Notes: generated by a model not told the origin, from the letters alone. Numbered from the stretch's first letter, positions 7,600 to 15,545 are shown. The stretch is DNA of 37,560 bases from a bacterium (GCA_030647175.1 JAUSJU010000058.1:1-37560), one strand, 5' to 3'. Numbers and translations are program-made.

Positions 7600-9798
7600 T
7601 CAGTATATCACAGGTCTCATGCTCCCCCAATTAGGGCCTTCCTTTGCCTCAACTTTAAGTAAAAGTCCGCTGGCTTTCCCGACGTCTTCCATTTTCTCTT
7701 TGATGCGGGGAAGCGATTCATGAACGTTCTTCTCCTTGCATTCAAAAAGCAACTCGTCATGGATCTGGAGCAGCAGCCTGCATTCTGGATTATTCTTCAC
7801 AATGGCGTCGTAGATTTCCACCATCGCCATTTTCATCAAGTCAGCGTTCGTGCCTTGGATCGGGTGGTTGATGGCCATGCGTTCAGCAGCTGCTTTCAAC
7901 TGCGGAGCCGTAGAATAAATGTCGGGAAGATACCTTCTTCTTTTGAATAGGGTTTCTGCGTACCCATAGGTTCTCGCAAACGCTTTTGTGTCTTCCATGA
8001 AACGCTGGATGCTCGGAAATCGTGCAAAGTAGCTCGCAATGAAATCCTGGGCTTCCTCTAAAGAGATCTTCGCTGACTTTGCGAATCCTTGGGGCCCCAT
8101 GCCGTACAGGATCCCAAAGTTCAAAGCCTTTGCACGATTCCGCATCTCTTTAGTAACCGCTTCCGGAGAAACTCCGAAGACGGTTGAAGCGGTCACCCTA
8201 TGAATGTCCTCTCCTTTCCGGAACGCTTCTTCCAACATGGGGTCTTTAGCCAGGTGCGAAGCGATGCGGAGCTCCGTCTGGGAATAATCCAGAGAAAGAA
8301 ACGTGTACCCTTTTTCTGCGATGAATCCCTCCCGTATGCGTTTGCCCCACGTTCCTTGCACGGGGATATTCTGCAGATTCGGATCAGACGAAGACATTCT
8401 CCCGGTAGCTGCCCCCAGCTGATGGAATGTCGTGTGAATCCTTCCTGCAGAGTCCGTCATTAACGGCAGGGGTTTTACGTAGGTCGTCAAAATCTTCTGC
8501 AGCTCTCTGTATGAAATCAGAAGGGGAATGATGGAATGGAGCGCTTCTAGTTTTTCCAGCTCCGGAGAAGCGGTGGACACCATGCCACCCGAAGTTTTCT
8601 TGATCCCTTTCAAAGGAAGCTTGAGCCGGGAGAAGAGCACTTCGCTCAATTGCTTGGGGGAGTTGATGGTAAAGCTCCCCTTTGCTTCTTTTGTAATCTT
8701 GGCTTCCAGCTTTTTTAGTTCAGCTCGCATTTCTTTAGAGAGCGAGGCAAAGTATTTCTTGTCTATCTTGATCCCTGTCTTTTCCATATGGTCGATCACC
8801 GGGATCAGGCGCTTCTCTAGCTCGTATAGTTCAGGAGGCAGAATCTTTTCCGCATAGAGCTGTTCAATTTCCTGCAGTATTCCCGGTAAAGCACCCGTTT
8901 GAGAAACCGAGGAAGTTTCAGGAAGCTTGTTCATTAAACTTTGAAATCCGAGATTTTGAAGAAACTGCTTTGCCTCTTCCGGATCGTATCCTTTCCATTC
9001 GCAACCTTGAAGCTGAAAGTCTATGGGGACATTGGTATCAACTGTGCCCAGCTCCTTGCTCAAGAATGCGTCCTCTTTTGACTCTTTAAGCTTTGTGCCG
9101 AGAGTTCCCTTGATGGAACCAACGTTCTTATATACTCCTTCCACGGAACCGTATTCTTGAAGCAACTGGATTGCGGTCTTTTCTCCCACTCCTCTGACTC
9201 CCGGGATGTTGTCTGAAGGATCCCCCCGAAGCCCTTTGTAGTCGGCTAACTGATTGGGGCGCAGTCCTCCAAAACGCTCCTGCACTCGTTTCTCGTCGTA
9301 GAGCACGGTGTCTTGGAGCCCTTTGCGCATGGTGTACACTTTCGTGCCCTTATCCACCAGCTGAAGCGTATCCATGTCTCCTGAAATGATGACGACTTCC
9401 AAGGGAGGGTGAGCTTGGCGCAGATGAGAGAGCTTTGCGATGGTCCCTATGAGATCATCCGCTTCAAACCCCTCTTTCTCGTATATGGGGATGTGGAACT
9501 TCTCTAACGCTTCCTTCACTCTCGGCATCTGACTGTAGAGTTCGTCGGGGCCTTTCACCCGGTTTGCCTTATAGAAAGCAAACTGCTGCTTGCGTTTGGT
9601 CGGGGAGGGCACGTCAAAACAAGCCACCGCATACTCTGGGTGAAGCTCTTTGAGCACTTTAAACAGCACCAGAAGGAACCCGTACACCGCATTTACGAGT
9701 TCTCCCTTCCTCGTGCTCAAAGGAGGGAGCGCGTGGAACGCCCTGTGGATGAGGGAGTTCGCATCAATGACGATGAGTCGTTTTTGATGAGCAGGCAT
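7600..9798 (-). CDS. polA: DNA polymerase I (5' nuclease + polymerase domains; 3'-5' exonuclease domain absent)
   Basis: 5' nuclease motifs (LIVIDANSLIHRAFHA, GFEADDLIG, GDMDTLQL, H3TH GVRGVGEKTA). Pol motifs A LSLDYSQTELR, B RNRAKALNFGILYG and C LLQIHDELLFE. Only about 30 aa link the nuclease to the LYELEKRLIPVIDHMEKTGIKID thumb start. Confidence 0.93.
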   Translation of the reverse strand: MPAHQKRLIVIDANSLIHRAFHALPPLSTRKGELVNAVYGFLLVLFKVLKELHPEYAVACFDVPSPTKRKQQFAFYKANRVKGPDELYSQMPRVKEALEKFHIPIYEKEGFEADDLIGTIAKLSHLRQAHPPLEVVIISGDMDTLQLVDKGTKVYTMRKGLQDTVLYDEKRVQERFGGLRPNQLADYKGLRGDPSDNIPGVRGVGEKTAIQLLQEYGSVEGVYKNVGSIKGTLGTKLKESKEDAFLSKELGTVDTNVPIDFQLQGCEWKGYDPEEAKQFLQNLGFQSLMNKLPETSSVSQTGALPGILQEIEQLYAEKILPPELYELEKRLIPVIDHMEKTGIKIDKKYFASLSKEMRAELKKLEAKITKEAKGSFTINSPKQLSEVLFSRLKLPLKGIKKTSGGMVSTASPELEKLEALHSIIPLLISYRELQKILTTYVKPLPLMTDSAGRIHTTFHQLGAATGRMSSSDPNLQNIPVQGTWGKRIREGFIAEKGYTFLSLDYSQTELRIASHLAKDPMLEEAFRKGEDIHRVTASTVFGVSPEAVTKEMRNRAKALNFGILYGMGPQGFAKSAKISLEEAQDFIASYFARFPSIQRFMEDTKAFARTYGYAETLFKRRRYLPDIYSTAPQLKAAAERMAINHPIQGTNADLMKMAMVEIYDAIVKNNPECRLLLQIHDELLFECKEKNVHESLPRIKEKMEDVGKASGLLLKVEAKEGPNWGSMRPVIY
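7602..7610 (-). promoter_or_regulatory. extended -10 box TGATATACT, 8 nt upstream of ATG 7593
   Basis: The minus strand reads TGATATACT-GAAAAGCA-ATG. It overlaps the polA stop codon. Confidence 0.35.
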
Positions 9799-9804
9799 GT
9801 TTAT

Positions 9805-9813
9805 ATTGTATCA
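9805..9813 (-). promoter_or_regulatory. extended -10 box TGATACAAT, 6 nt upstream of polA ATG
   Basis: The minus strand reads TGATACAAT-ATAAAC-ATG. There is no SD. Confidence 0.5.
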
Positions 9814-9814
9814 C

Positions 9815-9845
9815 CAAAAGAAAAGCCGACCTATGATTGGTCGGC
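9815..9845 (-). terminator. intrinsic terminator ending the upstream intergenic transcript
   Basis: Stem GCCGACC/GGTCGGC (9825..9831 / 9839..9845) with a 7-nt loop. On the minus strand it is followed by TTTTCTTTTG. The plus strand has only A-runs after it, so it is strand-specific. Confidence 0.7.
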
Positions 9846-9856
9846 AAAAAGTGCAG

Positions 9857-10231
9857 TGTGCTCGCCGCGCTTGGTTATGCCGCGACAGAAGCGCTGTATC
9901 CTCCCGATAGGGCGATCAGGAGGGGGTAGCGGCTTCCGGCTAGACCGGCCCAAATCGTGCTGAGAAGTGTGGGAACTACGTGCTGCGTATACTTGCTGGC
10001 TTGGTCAGAAACCTAGAAGAACCGACCACTAGGACCGAGACTCCATTTCCATGGCCCTCGTCCCGGTTTCCTGTTCATCGCACTAAGTCCCGGCTTTCGC
10101 ATACAGAAGGAAGAGGAATTGAGTTTGGGGACGTGCGGCCCCAAGAAAGAACCCTCTGAACCTTCCCGTTCACGCAAAAATTTCGCAAAGTCGTTCATCC
10201 CATACCTCCTAAAACGAACGCGGCGAGCACA
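9857..10231 (-). ncRNA. candidate structured RNA of unknown class (about 375 nt), closed by a 13-bp terminal helix; alternatively an IR-bounded MITE-like element or a leader carrying a 61-aa ORF
   Basis: TGTGCTCGCCGCG at 9857..9869 is the exact reverse complement of 10219..10231. Internal helices include a 9-bp stem (9900..9908 / 9915..9923) that contains a G-U pair only on the minus-strand transcript. There is a GCCGC/GCGGC three-way junction and a CCAU-GGAA-AUGG tetraloop hairpin. The minus-strand terminator lies immediately 3'. Confidence 0.4.
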
Positions 10232-10242
10232 AGACAACACTA

Positions 10243-10277
10243 GCAAAAAGAAAAGAAAGGTCAACGACCCTCCTTTC
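10243..10277 (-). terminator. weak intrinsic terminator after the TRIC-channel gene
   Basis: The minus strand reads GAAAGG-N11-CCTTTC followed by TTTTCTTTTTGC. The stem is short and AU-rich. Confidence 0.35.
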
Positions 10278-10318
10278 TTACGATAGTGCTCTTGGCAAAA
10301 CACGGGCCCTTGAAAGGT

Positions 10319-11041
10319 TCAATTCTTACGAGAAGAGGTGAGATCTTGCGGGACAGAAGTTTTTAAAAGTGCCCGGCGCACCTGCTCGGCGCTCTTTGTA
10401 TGTGCAAAAATCTTTTGCGGGATGCCCGCTCTAAGGATCTTGCTTATAAGATCTGTGAAATAATAAGGGAAGAAAATGGCTATAATCCGTAGCGCAAAGA
10501 TCAGGGCGAGTAAGCTGAAAATGGCGATGGTGTCGTTCATTGAAGATCGAAAGATGTAATGCAACGCCCCAGAGAGGATTGCCGGAGTTGCATAGAAATC
10601 GCGCTGAAGAAACGTGCTCGGGGTATCGTTCACAAGGATGTCGCGCAGAACTCCTCCCCCTACTGCAGTCAGCAGGGCGAAGAATACCGCGCCCACAAAC
10701 CCTAAGTTCGCTTCTATTCCTTTGGCTGCTCCCACGAATGCGAATGTTGAAAGCCCAATCGCATCAAGGACAAGCATCCCTTTATTGATTCTGTGGAACT
10801 GATTGTACATTATTGAGGAAAACAGCACTCCGGCAAACATTACATAGATATAGGTATGATCGTAGAAATAAAACGGTGTCCGGTTCAAAAACACCTCGCG
10901 GATTGTTCCTCCTCCCATAGAGCAGAGAAGCGCACAGATAGAAACGCCGACGTAATCGAACTTCTTTTGCAGCCCTATGTAGGCGCCATATACGGAGAAA
11001 GCGAATGTCCCTACAAGATCGAATATATAGAGGTATTCCAC
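10319..11041 (-). CDS. trimeric intracellular cation channel (TRIC) / UPF0126 (YadS-type) membrane protein
   Basis: Two internal repeats carry the family signature (SMGGGTIREVFL and AVGGGVLRDILV). Seven predicted TM segments. GTG start. Confidence 0.8.
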   Translation of the reverse strand: MEYLYIFDLVGTFAFSVYGAYIGLQKKFDYVGVSICALLCSMGGGTIREVFLNRTPFYFYDHTYIYVMFAGVLFSSIMYNQFHRINKGMLVLDAIGLSTFAFVGAAKGIEANLGFVGAVFFALLTAVGGGVLRDILVNDTPSTFLQRDFYATPAILSGALHYIFRSSMNDTIAIFSLLALIFALRIIAIFFPYYFTDLISKILRAGIPQKIFAHTKSAEQVRRALLKTSVPQDLTSSRKN

Positions 11042-11093
11042 AATATCGTTATTTTACCACGAACATTCGTGGCGAAAAGGGGTCCACCCTATT

Positions 11094-11546
11094 CTAGGTG
11101 TGTGCGTTGATTGCCTTGATGGAACGCTGCTCAGGAGAAAGAGCTTGGAATGAAAGAGTGTATCTCTTTTCTGGAAGGATGTCCTTTACGCGGTCTGCCC
11201 ATTCAACGAATACGACATTCTTCGGGTCCTTAATGATATCGTTCCAGCCGAGGGAAAGAAGGTCCTTGGATCTGTCCAATCGATAGCAATCAATGTGGTA
11301 GAGATTCCTGCCTTGAAGCCCTTCGTACCGCTTCATGAGGACAAACGTGGGGGACGTCACTCTATTTTCTACCCCGAGGCTCTCCATCGCGCCCTGGACA
11401 AATGTGGTTTTTCCGCTTCCGAGCTCTCCTTCAAGCCCGATGACAAGAGCCCCTTCGGGGGAGGGGGGGTTCATCCATACTTTGACCAAGTTTCGTGCCA
11501 CCTCCTTGGTCTGCTCTGCAGAAGATGTCTCAAAATGAGTTTCCAT
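11094..11546 (-). CDS. tsaE: tRNA t6A37 biosynthesis ATPase TsaE
   Basis: 150 aa. P-loop GLEGELGSGKTTFVQG, SPTFVL, and HIDCYRL are hallmark YjeE/TsaE motifs. Confidence 0.88.
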   Translation of the reverse strand: METHFETSSAEQTKEVARNLVKVWMNPPSPEGALVIGLEGELGSGKTTFVQGAMESLGVENRVTSPTFVLMKRYEGLQGRNLYHIDCYRLDRSKDLLSLGWNDIIKDPKNVVFVEWADRVKDILPEKRYTLSFQALSPEQRSIKAINAHT

Positions 11547-11589
11547 TGATTGACGCTTAGAGCCCTATGGGATAAGGTGAAGAAATTCT

Positions 11590-11805
11590 ATGCCTTCTGA
11601 AAAATTCCGCAAGCTTCTCCTCTCGCTCAAAGGATTTGCCCCGTTCGTTTCTGAGATCCGCTACGAAAAGAACGGCCAAGACCTTGAACTCTCCCTTTCC
11701 CTCCAGGGAAAGGAGCTTGAGGCAAAAGATCTCGCATTCAAACGCGGTTCAACGTCCCCCCATCTCACTATTATTGTAACGGAGAAAGAACCTGGTGAGA
11801 AATAA
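11590..11805 (+). CDS. hypothetical 71-aa protein, in frame with and one stop codon away from the PilB-like ATPase
   Basis: ATG with AGGTGA 8-9 nt upstream. It ends at TAA 11803..11805, and after one further codon (CCC) the ATPase ATG follows in the same frame. Confidence 0.45.
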   Translation: MPSEKFRKLLLSLKGFAPFVSEIRYEKNGQDLELSLSLQGKELEAKDLAFKRGSTSPHLTIIVTEKEPGEK

Positions 11806-11808
11806 CCC

Positions 11809-13107
11809 ATGGAATCTCCAAGGCAGAACATCGCAGGGGACGTACATATAGAGAGCTCGCTACTGGAAGAGCTGCGAGGCCTCTCCCTTCCTGCCTTTGA
11901 CGCGTTCCTCAAGGAAGCGCTCTTGAAAGACGTGAGCGGATCGCTTGTCGCGCTTTTAGGAGGAGCGATTGCCTTTGAGTCTTCGGACGTTCACATGGAG
12001 TCTGAGGAGAACGGGGCCAAAATCAGGTTCCGTATTGACGGACTGCTAGAAGACGTCGCCCATATCACTCCAGAGCACTATCGAGTGCTGCTCTCTCGCA
12101 TTAAACTTCTTTCTGGGTTAAAGCTCAACGTCGCAGACCGCCCCCAAGACGGCAGGTTTTCTCTCGCCAAAGACGGGCAAGAAATTGAGGTGAGGACATC
12201 TTCCCTCCCTTCAGAGCACGGAGAGTCTCTGGTGCTGAGAATCTTAGATCCTAAAAACTTCGTCGCCTTAGAGGACTTCGGATTGCGCGACGACATGCTT
12301 TCCTTGTTCACGGAAGAGATCTCAAAGCCTAACGGCATGATCGTGGTGACGGGCCCTACGGGAGCAGGAAAAACAACCACGCTCTACGCCTTTTTACAGA
12401 AGATCCAGAAACCGGAATTGAAAATCGTTACCATTGAAGACCCTATTGAATACCATATTGAAGGGGTATCCCAGACCCAGGCCAATCCTGCGAAAGGGTA
12501 CGACTTCGCTTCAGGACTTCGAGCGATCGTACGGCAAGATCCCGATGTCATCTTGGTTGGAGAAATCCGCGACGGAGAAACGGCCGACATCGCGCTCCAA
12601 GCCTCTCTGACCGGGCACCTTGTGCTTTCCACCCTCCATACTAATGAGGCTGCAGGAACCCCAGGGCGCCTGGTAAGCTTGGGAGCCAAACCCGTAAACA
12701 TAGCTCCGGCCTTAAACCTTGCCATCGCCCAAAGGCTCCTTCGGAAAGTATGCGACAAGTGCTCTGAGAAAAAACCCGCGGACCAAAAAACCCTTGAGCT
12801 TTTAGAAAAAGAGCTTGAGAATCTTCCCGCTTCCCTAAAGCCCAAGCTCAGCAAGGCGACCCAGATCCCTCACGCAAAAAAATGCCCGTCGTGCAACTCC
12901 ACGGGGTACAAGGGAAGAATAGGTGTCTTTGAAGCTATCGCGCTAGATGACGAACTCCGAGAACTCATACTCTCCTCTCCCTCGCTCCCTCAGTTTAAAA
13001 GTCTTGCTGTCAAAAAGGGCATGATCCCTTTGCGTCAGGACGGGCTTTTGAAAGTATTGGAGGGATTGACTACAATGGAAGAGGTAGAAAGGGTGACGAA
13101 AGAGTAG
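11809..13107 (+). CDS. type II/IV secretion (PilB/GspE-family) hexameric ATPase, short N-terminus
   Basis: Walker A GPTGAGKTTT, Asp box, Walker B VILVGEIRD, His box SLTGHLVLSTLHTN, and tetracysteine CDKC...CPSC typical of PilB/GspE. Confidence 0.9.
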   Translation: MESPRQNIAGDVHIESSLLEELRGLSLPAFDAFLKEALLKDVSGSLVALLGGAIAFESSDVHMESEENGAKIRFRIDGLLEDVAHITPEHYRVLLSRIKLLSGLKLNVADRPQDGRFSLAKDGQEIEVRTSSLPSEHGESLVLRILDPKNFVALEDFGLRDDMLSLFTEEISKPNGMIVVTGPTGAGKTTTLYAFLQKIQKPELKIVTIEDPIEYHIEGVSQTQANPAKGYDFASGLRAIVRQDPDVILVGEIRDGETADIALQASLTGHLVLSTLHTNEAAGTPGRLVSLGAKPVNIAPALNLAIAQRLLRKVCDKCSEKKPADQKTLELLEKELENLPASLKPKLSKATQIPHAKKCPSCNSTGYKGRIGVFEAIALDDELRELILSSPSLPQFKSLAVKKGMIPLRQDGLLKVLEGLTTMEEVERVTKE

Positions 13108-13124
13108 GAACAAAAAATACTCCT

Positions 13125-13235
13125 TTTCATGGGGACCAATTTGGTTGTCGGAACACAAATTGTGAAATACTAGCGAGGAATAGCTCAGCATGACCCGTGC
13201 TACCCGTCGCTAGTAATCCCGAGGTCCCCATGAAA
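13125..13235. repeat. 111-nt nested inverted-repeat element (candidate small structured RNA or regulatory element) between the PilB-like gene and yebC
   Basis: The outer 13-bp arms TTTCATGGGGACC (13125..13137) and GGTCCCCATGAAA (13223..13235) are exact reverse complements. The inner 8-bp arms are ACTAGCGA (13169..13176) and TCGCTAGT (13207..13214). There are also small palindromes ACCAATTTGGT and CACAAATTGTG. Confidence 0.5.
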
Positions 13236-13298
13236 GGGAATATTCGTTGCAGAACTGCACTATACTATATAATAAATACATTGTCAATCCCCCTTCCC

Positions 13299-13850
13299 AT
13301 GAGCGGACATTCACACTTTAAAACCATAAAACGCACGAAAGAACTCGGAGACGCGCAGAAAAGCCGCCTGTTTTCCAAGTTTGCGAACGAACTCACCGTA
13401 CTGGCAAGAACAGGGGGAGGAGATCTTACTGGAAACCCGCGGCTCCGCGTAGTCGTTGAGAAAGCAAAGGAGGCCCACATGCCTTCAGACAACATTGAAC
13501 GGGCGATCAAGCGAGGGACTGGAGAGCTCAAGGGATCTCAGTTGGAAGAACTGCTCATAGAAGCCTACGGGCCGGGAGGGTTCGCCATGCTCGTTGAAGC
13601 CATCACAGACAGCAAGAACCGCACTCTGGGAGAGATCAAGCAGATACTCTCTCGCCACAATGCAAAGCTTGTCGGAGAAGGGGGAGTGAGATGGATGTTT
13701 GATAAACAAGGGGGAGAGTGGGTTGCAAAACCTGAGATGGAGATTGCCATATCTGAGCAGGACCAGAAAGCAGCAAACCTACTCTTTGAGGCGCTGGACG
13801 AGAACGATGCGACCCAAGAAGTCTACTCTAATCTAAAGGAAGCGGCATGA
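13299..13850 (+). CDS. yebC: YebC/PmpR family DNA-binding transcriptional regulator
   Basis: MSGHSHFKTIKRTK... N-terminus is the family hallmark. The start at 13299 is used, not the ORF-track 13197. The stop overlaps the ruvC start (ATGA), which is the conserved yebC-ruvC pairing. Confidence 0.88.
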   Translation: MSGHSHFKTIKRTKELGDAQKSRLFSKFANELTVLARTGGGDLTGNPRLRVVVEKAKEAHMPSDNIERAIKRGTGELKGSQLEELLIEAYGPGGFAMLVEAITDSKNRTLGEIKQILSRHNAKLVGEGGVRWMFDKQGGEWVAKPEMEIAISEQDQKAANLLFEALDENDATQEVYSNLKEAA

Positions 13851-14335
13851 TCATCCTTGGAATTGACCCCGGAACCGCAACCACGGGATATGGGGTTATC
13901 CAACAAAGCACCACTCCAGGGAAAGGACGTCCCTGGAAACATATTGAGAATGGCTGCATTCTCACGTCAAAGACCATGGCACGGGAAAAACGCCTGTGGG
14001 TCTTGGAGAAGGAGATGAACAAGCTTTTAAACCTCCACAAGCCAGACATCGTTGCAGTAGAAACCCTGTTTTTCTTCAACAACATCAAGACCGCGATGCC
14101 GGTTTCAGAAGCACGTGGGGTGATTCTCTTGTGCATTGCAAAAAAGAATATCCAGTTGAAAGAGTTTGGACCAGCTCAAGTAAAACTTATTGTTACGGGG
14201 TATGGAAGAGCGGAAAAAAAGGACATGCAAGAAAAAGTGAAGAGCGTGTTTGGTCTCCGCGAGATCCCAAAGCCAGACGACGCAGCTGACGCCCTCTCAA
14301 TCGCACTAGCCTGCGCGCGAGCTTTAGAAACCTAG
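13847..14335 (+). CDS. ruvC: crossover junction endodeoxyribonuclease RuvC
   Basis: MIILGIDPGTATTGYGVI, VETLFF, and DAADALSIALA catalytic-residue contexts. Confidence 0.9.
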   Translation: MIILGIDPGTATTGYGVIQQSTTPGKGRPWKHIENGCILTSKTMAREKRLWVLEKEMNKLLNLHKPDIVAVETLFFFNNIKTAMPVSEARGVILLCIAKKNIQLKEFGPAQVKLIVTGYGRAEKKDMQEKVKSVFGLREIPKPDDAADALSIALACARALET

Positions 14336-15510
14336 TTTAGTTTTACGAAGTTCCTCTTCCCGACCTGGAGCACAATTCCTTTCCCTGCGCTCACTCTTGA
14401 GTTCGGATCTTTTTCAACGATACCGGCTACCTTCACGCCCCCTTGCTCAATAACTCTCCTTGCCTCTCCTTTAGAGGAAGCGAGGTTTGCTTCCACAAGG
14501 GCATCTACGAGAGAGAGCTCTTTTGCGCCAAGAGAAACTTCCACGATATCCGTTGGAAGTTCTTTTCTCTGGAATACGTGCTGAAATTCTTGTTCGGCTT
14601 CCTGCGCCTTCTTTTCGCTGTGATATTTGGAAACAATTTCTCGCGCGAGTCGCATCTTCAGATCTCTTGGAGAAATCTTCTGTGAGGCAAGGTCCTGTTC
14701 CAATTTCTTCACTTCATCCATGGGAACGTCCGTGCACAAGTCAAAGTAGGAGATCATGAGCTCGTCTCGCAACGACATTATTTTCCCATACATATCCTCG
14801 GGAGGATCTTCAATGTTCACCGTGTTCCCTGACGTCTTGCTCATTTGTTTCCCATCAAGACCTACGATCATGGGGATGGTGAGTACGAATTTCTCTCTCC
14901 CTTTCATTTTCTGCTGAAGCTCTCTCCCCATGAGCATGTTGAACACCTGGTCGGTCCCTCCAATTTCTACGTCAGTATCAAGCGCCACGGAGTCGTACCC
15001 TTGGAGCAATGGGTAGAGCAGTTCATGGGTCCACACGGTGTCTCCCTTCGCCAGCCTTCTCTGGAACATGTCGCGCTGGAAAAGCTGGGATGCTGAAACG
15101 TGAGACGCGATTCCCAATATATCTTTAAGGGTGAGTTTGAGCAGCCAATCGCCGTTGTATCGCATCTTCACCTTGCTAAAATCAATGATCTTGGAGGCCT
15201 GCTTCTTCCATGTCTTCATATTCTCTTCAATCTCCTTCATGGTAATGCTCGGCCTCGCATGCTCTCTCTGGGAAGGATCCCCTGCCAGTACGGTTCCTGT
15301 GCCGACCACGAGTATGGCCTCATGCCCTAAGTCAGCGAACTGCTGAAGTTTCCGTAATCCTATGGTATGGCCCAAATGAAGCCTGCCTCCCGTGGGATCA
15401 ATACCGATGTACACGCGCACCTTCCTCTTCTTCATTAAAGCTTCCAGCCCCTCTTTCAGGGGAAGCACTTGAGCTACTTGTCTCGTAAGAACCTCTTGTA
15501 TGGTCGTCAT
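14332..15510 (-). CDS. tyrS: tyrosine--tRNA ligase
   Basis: HIGH-type HLGH, KMSKS-type KMSKT, YIGIDPTG, and a C-terminal S4-like domain (SKGEARRVIEQGGVKV). Confidence 0.92.
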   Translation of the reverse strand: MTTIQEVLTRQVAQVLPLKEGLEALMKKRKVRVYIGIDPTGGRLHLGHTIGLRKLQQFADLGHEAILVVGTGTVLAGDPSQREHARPSITMKEIEENMKTWKKQASKIIDFSKVKMRYNGDWLLKLTLKDILGIASHVSASQLFQRDMFQRRLAKGDTVWTHELLYPLLQGYDSVALDTDVEIGGTDQVFNMLMGRELQQKMKGREKFVLTIPMIVGLDGKQMSKTSGNTVNIEDPPEDMYGKIMSLRDELMISYFDLCTDVPMDEVKKLEQDLASQKISPRDLKMRLAREIVSKYHSEKKAQEAEQEFQHVFQRKELPTDIVEVSLGAKELSLVDALVEANLASSKGEARRVIEQGGVKVAGIVEKDPNSRVSAGKGIVLQVGKRNFVKLN

Positions 15511-15516
15511 TCCGCT

Positions 15517-15545
15517 ATTGTATGCGTCCTAGAGCAGAAAATCAA
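15517..15545 (-). promoter_or_regulatory. promoter TTGATT-17-TACAAT, 6 nt upstream of tyrS ATG (leaderless-type)
   Basis: The minus strand reads TTGATT (RC of 15540..15545), then 17 nt, then TACAAT (RC of 15517..15522), then AGCGGA, then ATG. Confidence 0.5.

Noticed and set aside
9857-10231. I considered whether the structured element is RNase P RNA, tmRNA or SRP RNA, given the size and the 5'/3' closing helix.
   Set aside because: None of the class signatures is visible on either strand.
- RNase P: no GGAAAGUCCGG (CR-I) or ACAGAANCCGGCUUA (CR-V); only loose look-alikes (GCGAAAGCCGGGAC).
- tmRNA: no tRNA-like GGUUCGA T-arm, no CCA end and no Ala-Ala-stop tag frame.
- SRP: no GGAA-capped helix-8 with the AGCA motif.

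A covariance-model scan is still needed, so the element is left as unknown class.
10013-10303. 96-aa ORF from the track in the polA-TRIC intergenic region.
   Set aside because: Its N-terminal third runs through the terminator T-tract and putative promoter of the region and is hydrophobic junk-like. Only the 61-aa version starting at 10198 (with AGGAGG upstream) is conceivable, and that conflicts with the dense RNA structure. It is therefore not called as a CDS and is mentioned only as an alternative.
11057-11072. Hairpin CCACGAA-CA-TTCGTGG downstream of tsaE as a terminator.
   Set aside because: The loop is only 2-4 nt and the minus strand continues with TAAAATAAC rather than a T-tract. That sequence is also the likely -10 region of the TRIC gene. 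The evidence is too weak to call.
11550-11578. TTGACG-17-TAAGGT as a promoter for the 71-aa/PilB-like operon.
   Set aside because: The putative -10 overlaps the AGGTGA that is better explained as the Shine-Dalgarno of ATG 11590. The two readings cannot be separated from sequence alone, so no feature was called.
13169-13214. A tRNA-like string (GGAATAGCTCAGC) suggested a tRNA or tRNA fragment.
   Set aside because: No cloverleaf can be drawn. There is no D-stem partner, no T-arm (GTTCRANYC) and no acceptor pairing. It is more simply the interior of the nested inverted repeat.
13848-13850. Possible alternative genetic code (UGA reassigned), as in some candidate-phyla lineages.
   Set aside because: TGA terminates conserved genes at the expected lengths (yebC at 13848..13850, Mur ligase at 2169..2171, yidC at 21431..21433). 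No conserved protein needs read-through of TGA. The standard code fits the whole window.
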